From: Paragordius varius
Lineage: Eukaryota; Animalia; Nematomorpha
Assembly (NCBI GenBank): GCA_964247055.1
Contig: OZ176051.1
Coordinates: 7,006,001-7,070,000 of the forward strand
Direction of reading: 5' to 3'
Length of the DNA stretch: 64,000 bases
Position numbers and translations under genes: made by a program. Of this stretch, positions 26,690 through 39,600 are shown in pieces. Under the pieces are notes generated by a model. The model made no database searches. It saw only the letters and a program-made list of their open reading frames with translations, and was not told where the DNA came from. How positions within the stretch are numbered: the stretch's first letter is position 1; every line of letters starts with the position of its first letter.

Positions 26690-27450
26690 TGATGAACCTG
26701 ACTTGTAAAACAAGGTTCAAAAATATTAAATGTGAAAGGGTGTGGGCGTGACCAATAACTGCTGCAAAAGTTATTGGATGATAAACTAACCCAAACTTAG
26801 CAACGATTGTCAGAAGCATCGCAAGTATCAAAAAACAATATGACGAGAAAGACCAATAAACTCTGTAAATGTGTCCCATACAATTTAAACGTAAATCAAA
26901 AATCGCAATGTAAGTTAAATCCTGTTTCAATGACACGGAAAGAAATCCTTTTTGCTTTAATTGGATAGCTTTGCTTTGTAAATTTAAAGCGGGAAAATCG
27001 GGGCGTTTGCCAATTCGTTTGATCACACCAAGGCCAAATCGCTTCGACGGGAAAACCATATGGGTCTGGTGGTACCAGATTGATATTCTGCATTATGATC
27101 TTTTAAAGTTCCGCAAGGCCTCACTAATAAATACCTAATTTAAACCATACATTAATTGAAGAACAACCGGAATAAGCCAAAAAACAGGGCAAAGTGATTT
27201 TGGACGACAAAGCGCCCTCACACATAGCGAAATCAAGGGAACATGAATATTTTTCATGAAAATCATATGGCATCCTTTGAACGCACCTGACCTGAGATCA
27301 TCTGACTAATACATATTCGAATCAATGGGGCACATTTTTGCAGAGCAGCACTCACATAGATGTTGGAAAATGGCTTCACGAATGGTTGCCCAAGTTTTTC
27401 TGGCATGGTATTCATTGTGACATGAGCGGTATGTGCAGAAGCCTATGTAC
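26690..27450 (+). mobile_element. Decayed mariner transposase (stops and frameshifts)
   Basis: Fragments LQKLLDDKLTQT*QRLSE, VPYNLN, RPNRFDGKTI.VWWYQ.DILHYDLLK, KVILDDKAPSHIAK, APDLRSSD*YIFESMGHIFAEQH and VGKWLHEW...FFWHGIH are collinear with Mos1-type transposase. Confidence 0.8.
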
Positions 27451-29357
27451 AGCATTCTAAAAATAAATAATGAATGATGCAAAATTACATGCTTTTTTTA
27501 CTAAAATTGATACTCACAAGGTATAAAGATAAATTAAGGGGATAATTCATTTGTTTATTGTTGTGTTCTATGATGGAGCGTTGCAAATTCCGAATTTAAA
27601 CTAAATATAAATTAAGAATGTTGACCGTGATATAATCTGAAAAAAAGGTATTCGCCCACTTACGTTCCAAAGTGGAGTTTTTTAAAAATGAACCAACTAA
27701 AGCAAAGCCATTTAATTAACATCTCGATTAAGCCACATACACTCTGTTAAAATAGCAGTTTTTAGAAACATAAAAATCCTCAAAAATGGTGAATTCAAAA
27801 CTTATGTACCAATCCAAATTCAATACTAAATACCCTATTTTTACAATGCACTGTATACCGCTTATCATTTACAAATATATTAAATCCCCAAAATTATGGA
27901 GCAATTTTTCGCATTTATGAGACTTTATAAAATAATGTTTTCATTTAAAGATAGGTTGGGACTCGACCTTATGTTAAATAAGCCGCCATTAAAATACCGT
28001 AACTTTTAAGACGTGGAAATACGACTTATAAAATATTTGCTTTTTTCTCTTTATACGTTAATTAAATCTTATTCACTAAGTAAATAGCATGCCTCAAATA
28101 TTTTTTAAGGTGGCAAAGTCACCGGGGAAATTAAATTTTTTTATATACCATTTAACATTAATTTAATTATTGATAAAAAAAATAACTACCAAGCCAACCA
28201 AATTTTTTTATTTTTGTTAAAATATTTTCTAATGCTTAATATTAGAGAGATTTATTAAAAAGAAATAGTGATATTGTAAAATATATTTTTCAGTTTAATA
28301 TGTTTTGACACCATAAATGACTTAGATGACCTTTAGTAATAATAATCATATTATAATTCAACAACCAATATTTAGCAATTATTGATTTTTGCACGTGGTC
28401 GTTTCTAATATATTAGATATATATTAATTTAAAAATTATAAATTATTATTAATGACTTTTCAGTTTTTCGATTGTGCCTATAAAATTTTTTGATATTATT
28501 TAAAATGAATATGAAATCACACTAACCGCTAAAACAAATGCTTAAAAGGTAATTCCGTATAAAACACTCTGGTTAATTAATATGGTGATATCAAACAAAA
28601 TGATATACGGCCTTTATTGTATGCTTTGATCTAAACAATGGACGATAAAAGTTGGTTGTCTTTGACTAAATTAATGAATAGCTGAGGCGAAAGCATCAAA
28701 GTAAAATTAAATCGAAATAATCTATTTTAATCAAATTACTAAATTACATTTTTGAAAGTTTTTTCTACAATAATCTATCTATGAAAAATGCTTCAAAACA
28801 AACTGTTACAAAAACTATATCGAAAATTGGTAAATTTAAAAACAATTAAAGTATATTTTTTATTTTAAAATAAAACGCTTCGTATGCTATTTCGATTAAC
28901 TATGGAATTATTTTTTTAATTCAAAATGTTAAAATATCATCTCCGTATAATTCCGAATTCGAAAAAAATCATAATTTAATATTAATATCCCATAATATGT
29001 TTCGTATACATTTGTAAAATTTTTTGCATGAGCATGTAAAATTTTATGGCATTATAATTATTTTTCAATTTCCATACCCCTGCTTATTGATCTAAAATCT
29101 CTTGAGACAGGTCTTGTGTTAAATAAGATCTTATCAAATTAATACCAAGATTTGCTTCGAATTACATTACCACACCAATGTAAATTAACACAAAAATATT
29201 TTGACCTGATCAATTTTAAAGATTTATCTAATAATCTGTTTTTTGTTTTAATATACGGTGGCTGTATTGATAATTAAATATGCAGACTAACTACCCAAAT
29301 ATTAATTTTATAACCCTACAAAAACTACAATTTATGCTTTTTTATGTATGTTGGCAG

Positions 29358-30048
29358 AAAAGAATGAGTTAAAATGTTTGCAATGTACATCAATAAAAGA
29401 TTCGGGTTGTGCCGCTGGTCTAATGGAAGCAACTCAATGTATTATGAATGCATCAAACGCTAGCCATTGTTTTACGTATGCGATTAAAATGGCATCTATA
29501 GGTAATATTATTTATTCCTTCCATCTTAACCAAAAATGTTTTAAACACACACACCCCGTATCATTGTTCGAAAATATAAAAAAAAGTTAAAATTTAGTTT
29601 TAAAAATAAATGTAAAATCGATTATGGTTTAAACTTTTTGCCAAAGAGTTTTACCGATAACTCTGATGGAAAAAAATTATAGATGATTCAAATTTACAGA
29701 TATAACAAAATATATTAAGCACAAAAGCTTACTACTGCAAATTTTAATCACTTATAAAATACAAACCCAAAAAACAATTGTCTATAATTTTTGTCTTATT
29801 AAGGTATAATTATATTTCGGGATTGTGCAACACACAAAATTTCAAATTCCTGTTTACCGACGCGCATAGACGATCAACCTGCAGAATTATGCTTTTGGAC
29901 TTGCCCGATTTCAGGTTGCAACAATGTTGCCGTGGAAAAGCTGTTAAAACTTTACATTGGAAATGATGCCACACTATCTGGTGAATATATGTCCATGCTT
30001 ATAATTTTAATCATTGTAACATTTATTAACCTAGCTACTTTATTATAA
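29358..30048 (+). CDS. Ly6/uPAR (three-finger, quiver/sleepless-like) protein with C-terminal hydrophobic GPI-type signal; signal-peptide exon not located
   Basis: Phase-1 exon 29358-29501 (LKCLQCTSIKDSGC...TQC...SHCFTY) splices to 29804-30048 (GIIIFRDC...NSC...ELCFWTCPISGCNN...MSMLIILIIVTFINLATLL*). This gives 10 Cys, an LxCxxC start, a CN end and a hydrophobic tail. Confidence 0.8.
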
Positions 30049-30261
30049 TATAATAATAATATGATAAAAATATGAATCTTTCATAAATAATATATATATA
30101 ATTTTACAAAACTAATATATAAAAATGGTGATGACAATGACCATATAAAATACAGTGTTACATTGAATCTAGAAACTAAGAATGGTTGATTTACATATAA
30201 ATACCAATTAATAAAATTAAGGGTTTACTTTATACATAACAATACCAATACAAGTTAAAAA

Positions 30262-33200
30262 TCATTGCAAAGATGTATGTGGTGTACGAGACATAACAGA
30301 ACTGTGTAGGGGTGAAAAACCAACCCCAGCAGCAAAACAATTCAACATATTATTGAAATTGTTGGTGGGTGTACCTAATCCCATCATATTAACAACGGGC
30401 GCTTGATTTACATTGTTGGCTACAACAGCTTTATTCATATTAGTTATTGGGGTCGTAGAGGTGTTGTACATGAAATTGTTGGGTGTACCCATACTACTAC
30501 CCAAATTCGTCAAGAAATTTGGAAACATTTGATTCGCATTGTTTTTGTTGTTTAAAAACATAAAAGAATTACCCAATGAAGCTAAAAAATTAATAGGGGT
30601 ATTTTGTCCTACTCCTCCCGCGCCTGTCGTAACTGGTAAAGACGATGCATGTAAGGGTGAAATGTTTGTAAAAGCATTACAAGACACTAGAATTTGTTTA
30701 AGTTTTTCGATCAACGTTGCATTCTCTAACGCAAGTTGGGATGCTCTTTGCCTTAAATTTGCCAATTTGGCTTCATTAAGTTTATTTTCTTCGACCTGGG
30801 CCGATAGGCTTTGCAGGAAGGTTGTTACTATCATAACAAATTATATTATTATAATTTGAGTAAATGATTAAATAATTAAAATAGTTTCAATACTTTTAAT
30901 AATAATGTTTATCAATGATTTAATTCTGATCAATATAAAACAAAAGACGGTATAAAACCATAACATATACGGTCGAATTACATTTAACAATAACTAAAAT
31001 AGTAACTATATATTTTTGGATAACATTGCAAATATGACCGAAAATAGATGAGTTTACTTTACATACAACTTAAATAATAATATATAAAAGAGTCGATATC
31101 TAAATGCGTTAACAAAAATCTTCAGCGTAAGTTATTTGTCCCGCCGAATTTTAAGACATCATTACAATTAGTTTATAATATATATGGATTTCTAAACTAT
31201 TACACCGTATCATATTATATCTCTACTATTTTGAAAAAATAAAAAAAGATTATTTACATTTTTAATAGTTTACATATTATTATTTTAAAAGCTATCCACA
31301 TACAAATTGACTTTCATGTAATTTTATGCTTTAAAATGGCAAACGAAAAAAGGCGTAGCAATGCTTTATTAAATAAAACAGGTCGCAAAAATTCTAAAAT
31401 TCATCTATGTATAAAATTTTTCTAACTCAATAATTACAATAACAATATAATATTTAAAATAAAACAGCGAAAAAGACATATACAATCAAAAGACGCCTTT
31501 TCTCCCGGCGGTGTTTTCAAAAAAGCTTCAACGTGAGCCTGTATAACATTTTCCCAAGTTTCAGTTCCATTATTCGTGGAAAATGAATTTGTAGCATTAA
31601 CCAGCTTTTTGTTCCAACTAGATACGAAAAAAAATAAAAAGTTATTAATGAGATGGTTATATTGTATAAATTTTAATTAAAAGATAATTAGAGTTTTTTG
31701 TTGTCATATTAATTTTGTTTTTTATACTAGATTTTAATTAAAATGAGTACAAACTATATTTTGGTATCTTTGATGTTAGCGCGCTTGAAAATAGCGGTAT
31801 CATATATAGTAATATTAATGAAAACATATATTTTTATAAATTTTAAATTCATATTGAACATAAATTGGCAATATATATGCAAAGCGCTTTAACAATGAAT
31901 AGATAAATATCTGCTTAAAATCCATTCAATACATTAAATTATTAAACATCAAAAAATTATTGTTAATATAAATTGATATTAATACTAAATGACTTGTTAG
32001 TTATTTTATTCTCAATGTTTTATCTAAAAATATTACTTGAAAGAATTATTAGTTCCCAATCCAGCCATGAGTAAAGCATTACTAACAATACTACCCACAT
32101 TCGAAGACATGATATCAGATGTTGTAGAGAAGATATCTATAATTTTTTTGTAAAAAAAGTATAGGATTTAAACAAAAAATATGCTCTTTCATTGAGGAAA
32201 AAAATAAATATTCAAAACTTTGAAAACCATAAAGTAACTACTTTTGTATCCAAATAAATCTAGTGCATTTAATTGTTCATTTCCATTTATTGATATTGGA
32301 GCAGGTTCCCTAAATACAAAGTATAAAAAAATGAAAAAAATACTTAAATAATGGGCGATTTTTGCGTAAAAGGTTTATTCGATATAACATAAACTTAAGG
32401 AAGGAAAAATTGTAATTAATTAAATAAGAGCGGCCATGAATATATTTAAAATTTAGTTATTGGTTTCATAATATCAATATTAAAATTTTTGAACAATAAA
32501 ATGGTACAACATTTCAAATTGTTTAAACTTATTCCTAAATTATTTTAGAATAGCCTATAATTTTAGCCCTTTTAGATGAGCCTTTCAAAAAAATCTACAA
32601 ATTTTGTTTTGCAAACTATGGACTTTATGATGATAGTCTTAAATTCGAATAAATATTTTAGTATAACTACTATCCATAAATATTTAGGCGTTATCCTAAA
32701 AAAATATATAACCAATTTTATGTTCAAAATACCCCTTAAACGATGCTAATATTTGTTGAGATATATTATGTAAATTCCACTCATGAGATGCCGAATTTCC
32801 ATCATTGTTTGTTACCTAAATTATAAAACTACATTTTTTTGAAAAGGATAAATGGTAAGTAAAAAAATTACAGTATGAGTAAGTATATATATTGCTAGAA
32901 AGTTATTAATTATTGCCAAATAGCATGTGCAGCAAAGAGAATTGACTAATAATAATAAAAAGTGAAAAAATAACTATAAGCCAATTGCCCTTTGTTATAT
33001 ATGCTATTTGGCAATGATTAATAACTTCCTAGCAATGTATACTAATTCATACTGAAAAATGCTTATATAACAATAGAGGAATGTTATACGGTCATCCAAA
33101 TTTTAGGGTTTATTAATGTTAAGTTAATTGATATCAAATTATAAGATATTTTTATCAAAAAATTAGACAAGAGCCGAGTAGGAGATTCTTTTAAAAATGA

Positions 33201-35686
33201 TTTTTATAGCAATTATTTATAAAAGATAATAAAAAAAATGTATTAATATGCTAGTTATTTTATAATAATAAAATGATAAAAAGTGTAAAAATTATAAAAT
33301 GCGCCCACAATAATAATTAATCTAACTTTCACACGTTTTAACAATTCCAAAATATATAATTTACCATATTAGTTTACTAATTTACACTTAATAGCCAAAA
33401 AGTTCCCCCAAAGATAAACAATAGTGCCAATTTTTGCAATTTTTGAGCTCAAAACAAAAAAAGATCCTACCTTAGACGTGTTTCCAACACTCATACTAGT
33501 AGTGTTTGCGCCATTGATGCTAAGTACAGGGGATATTATAGTTTTAGGGGAACAACATTTAACAACTCGTGCAGCGGTTTTTGTTGTTGAAATTACCAAT
33601 TTCTCCGTAGAATTAGTAGAATTTGCCGAAATAGATATTGTAGCAGGGGGATGGTCATCTAAACTTACGGTGCTTGTATCACTTTCAACCATGGCCATTC
33701 CATTCCCAGTATGGGGCTCTTCATTCAGATCAGATGATAAATCTCGTCTTTGTTCGGTATTGCTTAGGCTAGCGTAAAAATTGGTATTATACAAAAGATA
33801 AAAGTGATTACAAAAGATTTTTTTCAAAATATAACTTTACCCATTATTTATTTATGCAACCAACATACGCTAGGTTCGCAAAAAAATAAAGTGTAAATTG
33901 CTAAAAACCACACTCATATATATAACAATTGTATTCATTTAGATTATATAGAAAAAATCAAGGTTTAAAGCAGTAAGGCTGTCTGTTTTTGCCTTTTAGC
34001 TTTTACGTTTTGTTCTTAAAAATTCATACTATATTTTTATATATAAAGTATAAGTAACTTTCTTTTGATTAAAACGTAAGTAAGGACTTAAACTTTACTA
34101 AGACGCTTCAGGGCTGGTGATGGTGATGAACATTTACAAATGAAAAAAAACGCATAGAGTATAATCCCATGTTTGAAAGTTCTGATTGGTTATTTTTATA
34201 AACGATCATAATCAGTCAGACACAATCCTTATATCAACATAGTTTATTAATAGTAATAAGGGAAAAACGGTTAAAATAAGTTGGAATCAACTTGGTTTCA
34301 GTTTAAATATTAAAAGAACCACTCTCATTCCATTTCTAAATTTTATAAACAATCCGGTTTCGGTTTAAACTACCGATAAACCTTATATACATATCTGCTT
34401 TACTTAAATCATTTATTGTATCCCTTTAATATTAGATATTTTGATAACATTTTGTACTATTATCCAATTTTTACAGGGGAAGTAGTTATGTTAAATAACC
34501 ATAGCAAAAAATCACATATTACTTTAAGGATAAATTTGAATGTTTAGCGATAGAGGCATTCAAAGATGTATGTCGTTTTTTTTCTTTGCTACCAGCATTT
34601 TGTTTAACCGCCGGCGGGGGAGTTTCATCATTATTGTCAAAGGAATAAGCCTTCAAACTATATTAATAGATATAAAAATTATAGAATTTATATATTCTGT
34701 AGTAATAATAAAATGTTATTAAATATTAACTAAGTAAAATTTACGACGATAAAATAAGTAAAAAGTTTTGCAAAAATTACATTTTACAAATTTGAATAAA
34801 ATTACCCCAAAAAAATATTATTTTATAAGATATATGCAAGCAAGTTATTCACAAATATAGTTTGACATACCAAACCAAAATCGAAAATAATTTAAAATGT
34901 AAAAAAGGCCAACATAAATTACAAAACATTCATACTTAAAAAATAAAATATTTCCTAATACTAATATAAATACCTATGGTGACTCAATTTTCCAATTATA
35001 TTTTGCTGACAGCCTTTTAATGCATAATTATTATTGGTGAGTTCTGGTATTTCAAATTGATTTTTATTTCCTGTGATGCCCAAAATCGTTTTCTTAATCG
35101 GGGATTGGATTGGAGTTTCAGTGCTGGTTGTATCTACCATTGAAGGTAAAGCAGGTATTGAGACCTTAAGGAAAAAAGAAACATCAGTGTATTTACAGTA
35201 AAAATTGGTATTATAAAGACAAAACTTTTGTATAAAAAGACAACATCTTATACAAAACTTATTGTTTTGCGTTGTAAAATGAGGAATAGGTGGTGTAAAT
35301 TGGTAACATATTCCTTACGTATGTCACGAAATCATTTAATTATAAATATAAAAAAATAAGGCTGTATTTTAGGTTTTACGTTGTTTTATAAATTCAATTT
35401 TTACCATCTAAAGTTAGCATACAGATTTTTCTAAGATAAATTAGGTGTTTATAAAAAAAATATTTGAAAGGTACAATTTTATAAAAATAAGTTTGTTATC
35501 AATCAATACTTTAAGGATTGATGAATTTGCTTCAATAGTTGATAGTATATTTCCCGAAGTTGGTTCTGTCACAACCAAAATGGTTGCATCGGTTGTTTTA
35601 GCATGAGAATGAGTAACCATTGTATTGCTCGTTTTTAATTCATGTAAAGATAGTTTTTCTTTTTCGCTAGAATCTATAAAATAATT

Positions 35687-35722
<36 letters not shown>

Positions 35723-36625
35723 ACATAACCGTAAAAAATAAAATCAAAATGTATAAAGTGGGTGTCCGTCCTACCCTTACCTACGCCAGCTAAACCTGGG
35801 CAATCACAAAAACATTGGAATCGAGATTGAAAAGAACGGAAGACAAAATGCTAAAATATATGATGATAAATCCTACCATTGAAAATGAAACCAATAATAG
35901 CTTTTATCAGAACAAATAGACTTCGGTATTTTAGACACATAGACAGATCCAGTATAGACCCATCTGTAAAGGAAATTCTTGATTTACAGATTTCTGCCCC
36001 CAACCGTAAAGGGAGGCCTAAAACAACTTGGAATCAAATCATAGAGCAAGACTTTAAATTCCTGAACATACCTCGAAACGCAACAAATGATAGAGACATA
36101 TATCGTAAATTAATCCATGGAATCCCAATAACTGGGCCAAACCAATAATACCTATATATAATTCGAAAAAATAAAAAATTATATGGACAAAACATACAAA
36201 GTAAAAGAAAATTTATTTTTTAAAGAAAACCATATTCCTTAATTTCCTAATCTAGATATCCGATATGTTTGCAAATTTAAAATATTGGCTGTGTATTATC
36301 AATATACGCCTCCAACCCAAAACGATAGAGTTATATATAGAAACTAATGGTATAATAAACCACACATGTGTCTTTACCTTTTTCGTATATTTTTAAATTT
36401 TTATAATAAATCATAAATATGTTTACTCGTTCCCCCATACAATAAACATGCGGCATCAATAGAATCCTCTATATGGGCATCAATAATTTCTTTGGATGTT
36501 TGGTGTGATTTCATATTTTGCGTGTTATGTGGACTTGTTCCATAAAATTGATCAGTCAATTTTTGATTAGATGCATTTTTTAACGTATTTGAACGTCGCC
36601 CACTCTTGCCTTTTTTTTGAAAGAG

Positions 36626-36693
<68 letters not shown>

Positions 36694-39600
36694 TTTATTT
36701 ATATCAAAATCATAAAAGTTTACACAAGTCAGTCTTGATAAAATTAAAGTCCTTACTTAATTTAAGAAAGAAAAAGAGAATCTAAAGTTGTTATGATTAA
36801 TTACATACATTGATTGATATCAAAGCTATAAAATAAATATATGTTACACAACTGTATGATTACTTTGACTCCCAGTAGTATTGTGGGGTGAATTTACAGA
36901 TTTCGCAAAATCATTACCATTCCCTTTTTCCACATGATTAATATTATGATTAGCTTTATACAAATGGCTGGTTGTCGCCCCAAAATTATGTGCCATATTA
37001 GTTAAGTCAAAGTCTGGAATCAGATTGGATCCTAATCAACAATGCAACAAATTTAATTTTATAGAACATATGTAAGGAGAAAGTTTATATTTTGATAAAA
37101 CGATAAAAATCCCAAACATCGCACTATAAAATTATATGATAGATATATGTGTTCGTTAAAATTTTATCATATACAGTCAAATCTCTTTTTATGCGATGCG
37201 CACGCATAAAAAGTCATGATATAAAGTAATGTGTTTATGTATTTTTGTTAACTTTTTTGGTTCAAAGAAATCAAAAAACTTTCGTCTGCGAAAATAATTT
37301 ACTTATACAGTAAAAAATGCACGAATTCGATGCTTTTGTAATTTTACCAGTCAACAAATAATACATATAATTTAAAGATGCTATAAACATACATAAAAAT
37401 ATGATCAAAAAATGATAAATTGAAATTAAAATACAATTTTTTGGTACTTAATTCGTTTTTTTATTATTTGGAATGTTTGTATGTTTCTTACAATGATATT
37501 CAAATTAATTACGCTTTGTAAATTAAATATCAAATATGATTTAATATAAAATATATGACTTTATTGAAAATACTGGTTCGTGACTAAAAAAACTTTGATT
37601 ATATTGTGAAAAACAAATAATTTATGGATAATAAATGGCTAAATGTCAGATGAATAAACCAACAAGTACAAAATTAAAAATCCACCAATCAAAATCGCGA
37701 AAACGATGTGGTGCTTTCATAGTTTAAACTAAGAGTTAAAAATCATTATCAAAAAAAAAGTCAACGCAAAAAAGGTTTGACTGCATACATAACCCATTGA
37801 AATTCATCTCTTTATAAATTATATTGATATTAAAAGTAGAGAGTAAGGCAACTATTATTGATATAATATTTACCCATTTCTCTAAGGTATATAATAATAA
37901 CTCAAATTAAATAAAGAGGAAAAAATGGAATACTATATCAGCATTAACCTGCCCTTTCAAAGCTTGTTAAAACAATAATTTAAAAAGCCTACCAATTATA
38001 CAAGTTAGGAACTGAGACATAAACCTAAATATGAATAATCTGATCTCAATTCAACTACCCTCAATCTTATAACGAAATGCTGTGACCAAAATTTGAGAAT
38101 AAAAACTGATGAACCAAAATAAAATATTATTTGATCATTACAATTTAGTTTTATAAAAGCATAAAAATAAAAGCTTACCTTGTTGGAACTGTAAAGATTG
38201 ATTTTGTTGTTGTTGTAACATCAAAGCCGCAAAATGCGCCGCCGCGGCAGCCATTGCCGGATGTGTTTGTTGCATGTGAACAGGATTTGGATCCATTAGG
38301 TTATTAATAAAATTATTGGAGTTTAGATTTACATTAAAGTTCTCATTTTTAACAAACGATGATGGTTTACTCACAAGGGTTGTCGTACTCAACGATGAAT
38401 TATCTAATGAAGAGGGAAAATTGGAAGGACTTGTAATATTAACATTGATGTTATTATTTATATTATTGTTCATGTGATAAGGATGTTGCAATGGAGGAGG
38501 TAGGTCAATTAGACCGGCCGTAGAATCTAAAATGTTTATGGATGATAAAAGAGAATAATTTATTTAAATAAAATCAATTTAATGGTAAAACGTGGCTATC
38601 AAAGATATTAAGATTTATATGTTAGCAGTGTTTTAACAGACAGCGATAATAAAAAAAAGTTTTATTGAATCTTTAAACGACACAAAAGAAATCTCCTTAA
38701 ATTATTACAAACATTGATGGTAAAACAAAACTAACAAACTTATATCCCACATAGTAAAAAATGATAACACAACGAATAAAGAGTTTCTTCGAATACATTT
38801 TGATTTTACTGAATTGCACGAAAATACCTTCTGAAGGCAGACCCATGAAAGCCGATGTATTAGCCATATTTGCCATAATCATAGAGTTATACAATGCTGT
38901 GGCTGTCCAATAAGGTACCGACCCACCTGCTCCTCCAACATAAGCGTTAAACAGTGTTGAGGGGTCCATCAATGCATTCGCATTAACATTCATATTTTGG
39001 TTCAAACAGTGCATACCTCCTCCTAACCCTTGATTATTATTCAACATATCAGCCATAGCTGCCATATTAGAGTAAAAAGCATTAATTGCAACAGGATTCA
39101 TCCCATAACCCCCACCGCTAAAATCGGTAATTGTCTTTTTTTCTGTCGTCCCGTATTGATTGTTATCATTTATGTCATTGTTTGAACTATTCGTAATACG
39201 ATTACCATCAAAACTCTTAAATGTATCAGTATTATAACTTTGGTCTGATGTATTGACAACTGAAGAATTAACAACATCTGATTCATTAGCTTTTCTAAGC
39301 GAAGGTGTTGTCGTCGTACCTGTATCTGAAACCCCTGTGGATTTTTGTGCGGTATTTGAAATCAACACATCTAAACTAATTGGAGTGGATAAAGAGGGAT
39401 GTTTATCACTCACAATCTTATTTGTTGAAGCGCCGTCTTCTTTATTTGTAACAAGCTTATTTTCATTTCCTCCTATGGTATTTGGTGTGATATTCAAAGA
39501 TTTTTCATTACTTATGGAACTTAAAATTGCCGTGGAAATTGATGGTTTATGAATCAGAGTTTTATCTAAATCACTAAAGTTATGTCTAATATCGTTGAGA

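Noticed and set aside
26622-27093. Minus-strand ORFs of 145 and 65 aa
   Set aside because: They are the antisense shadow of the decayed plus-strand mariner transposase.
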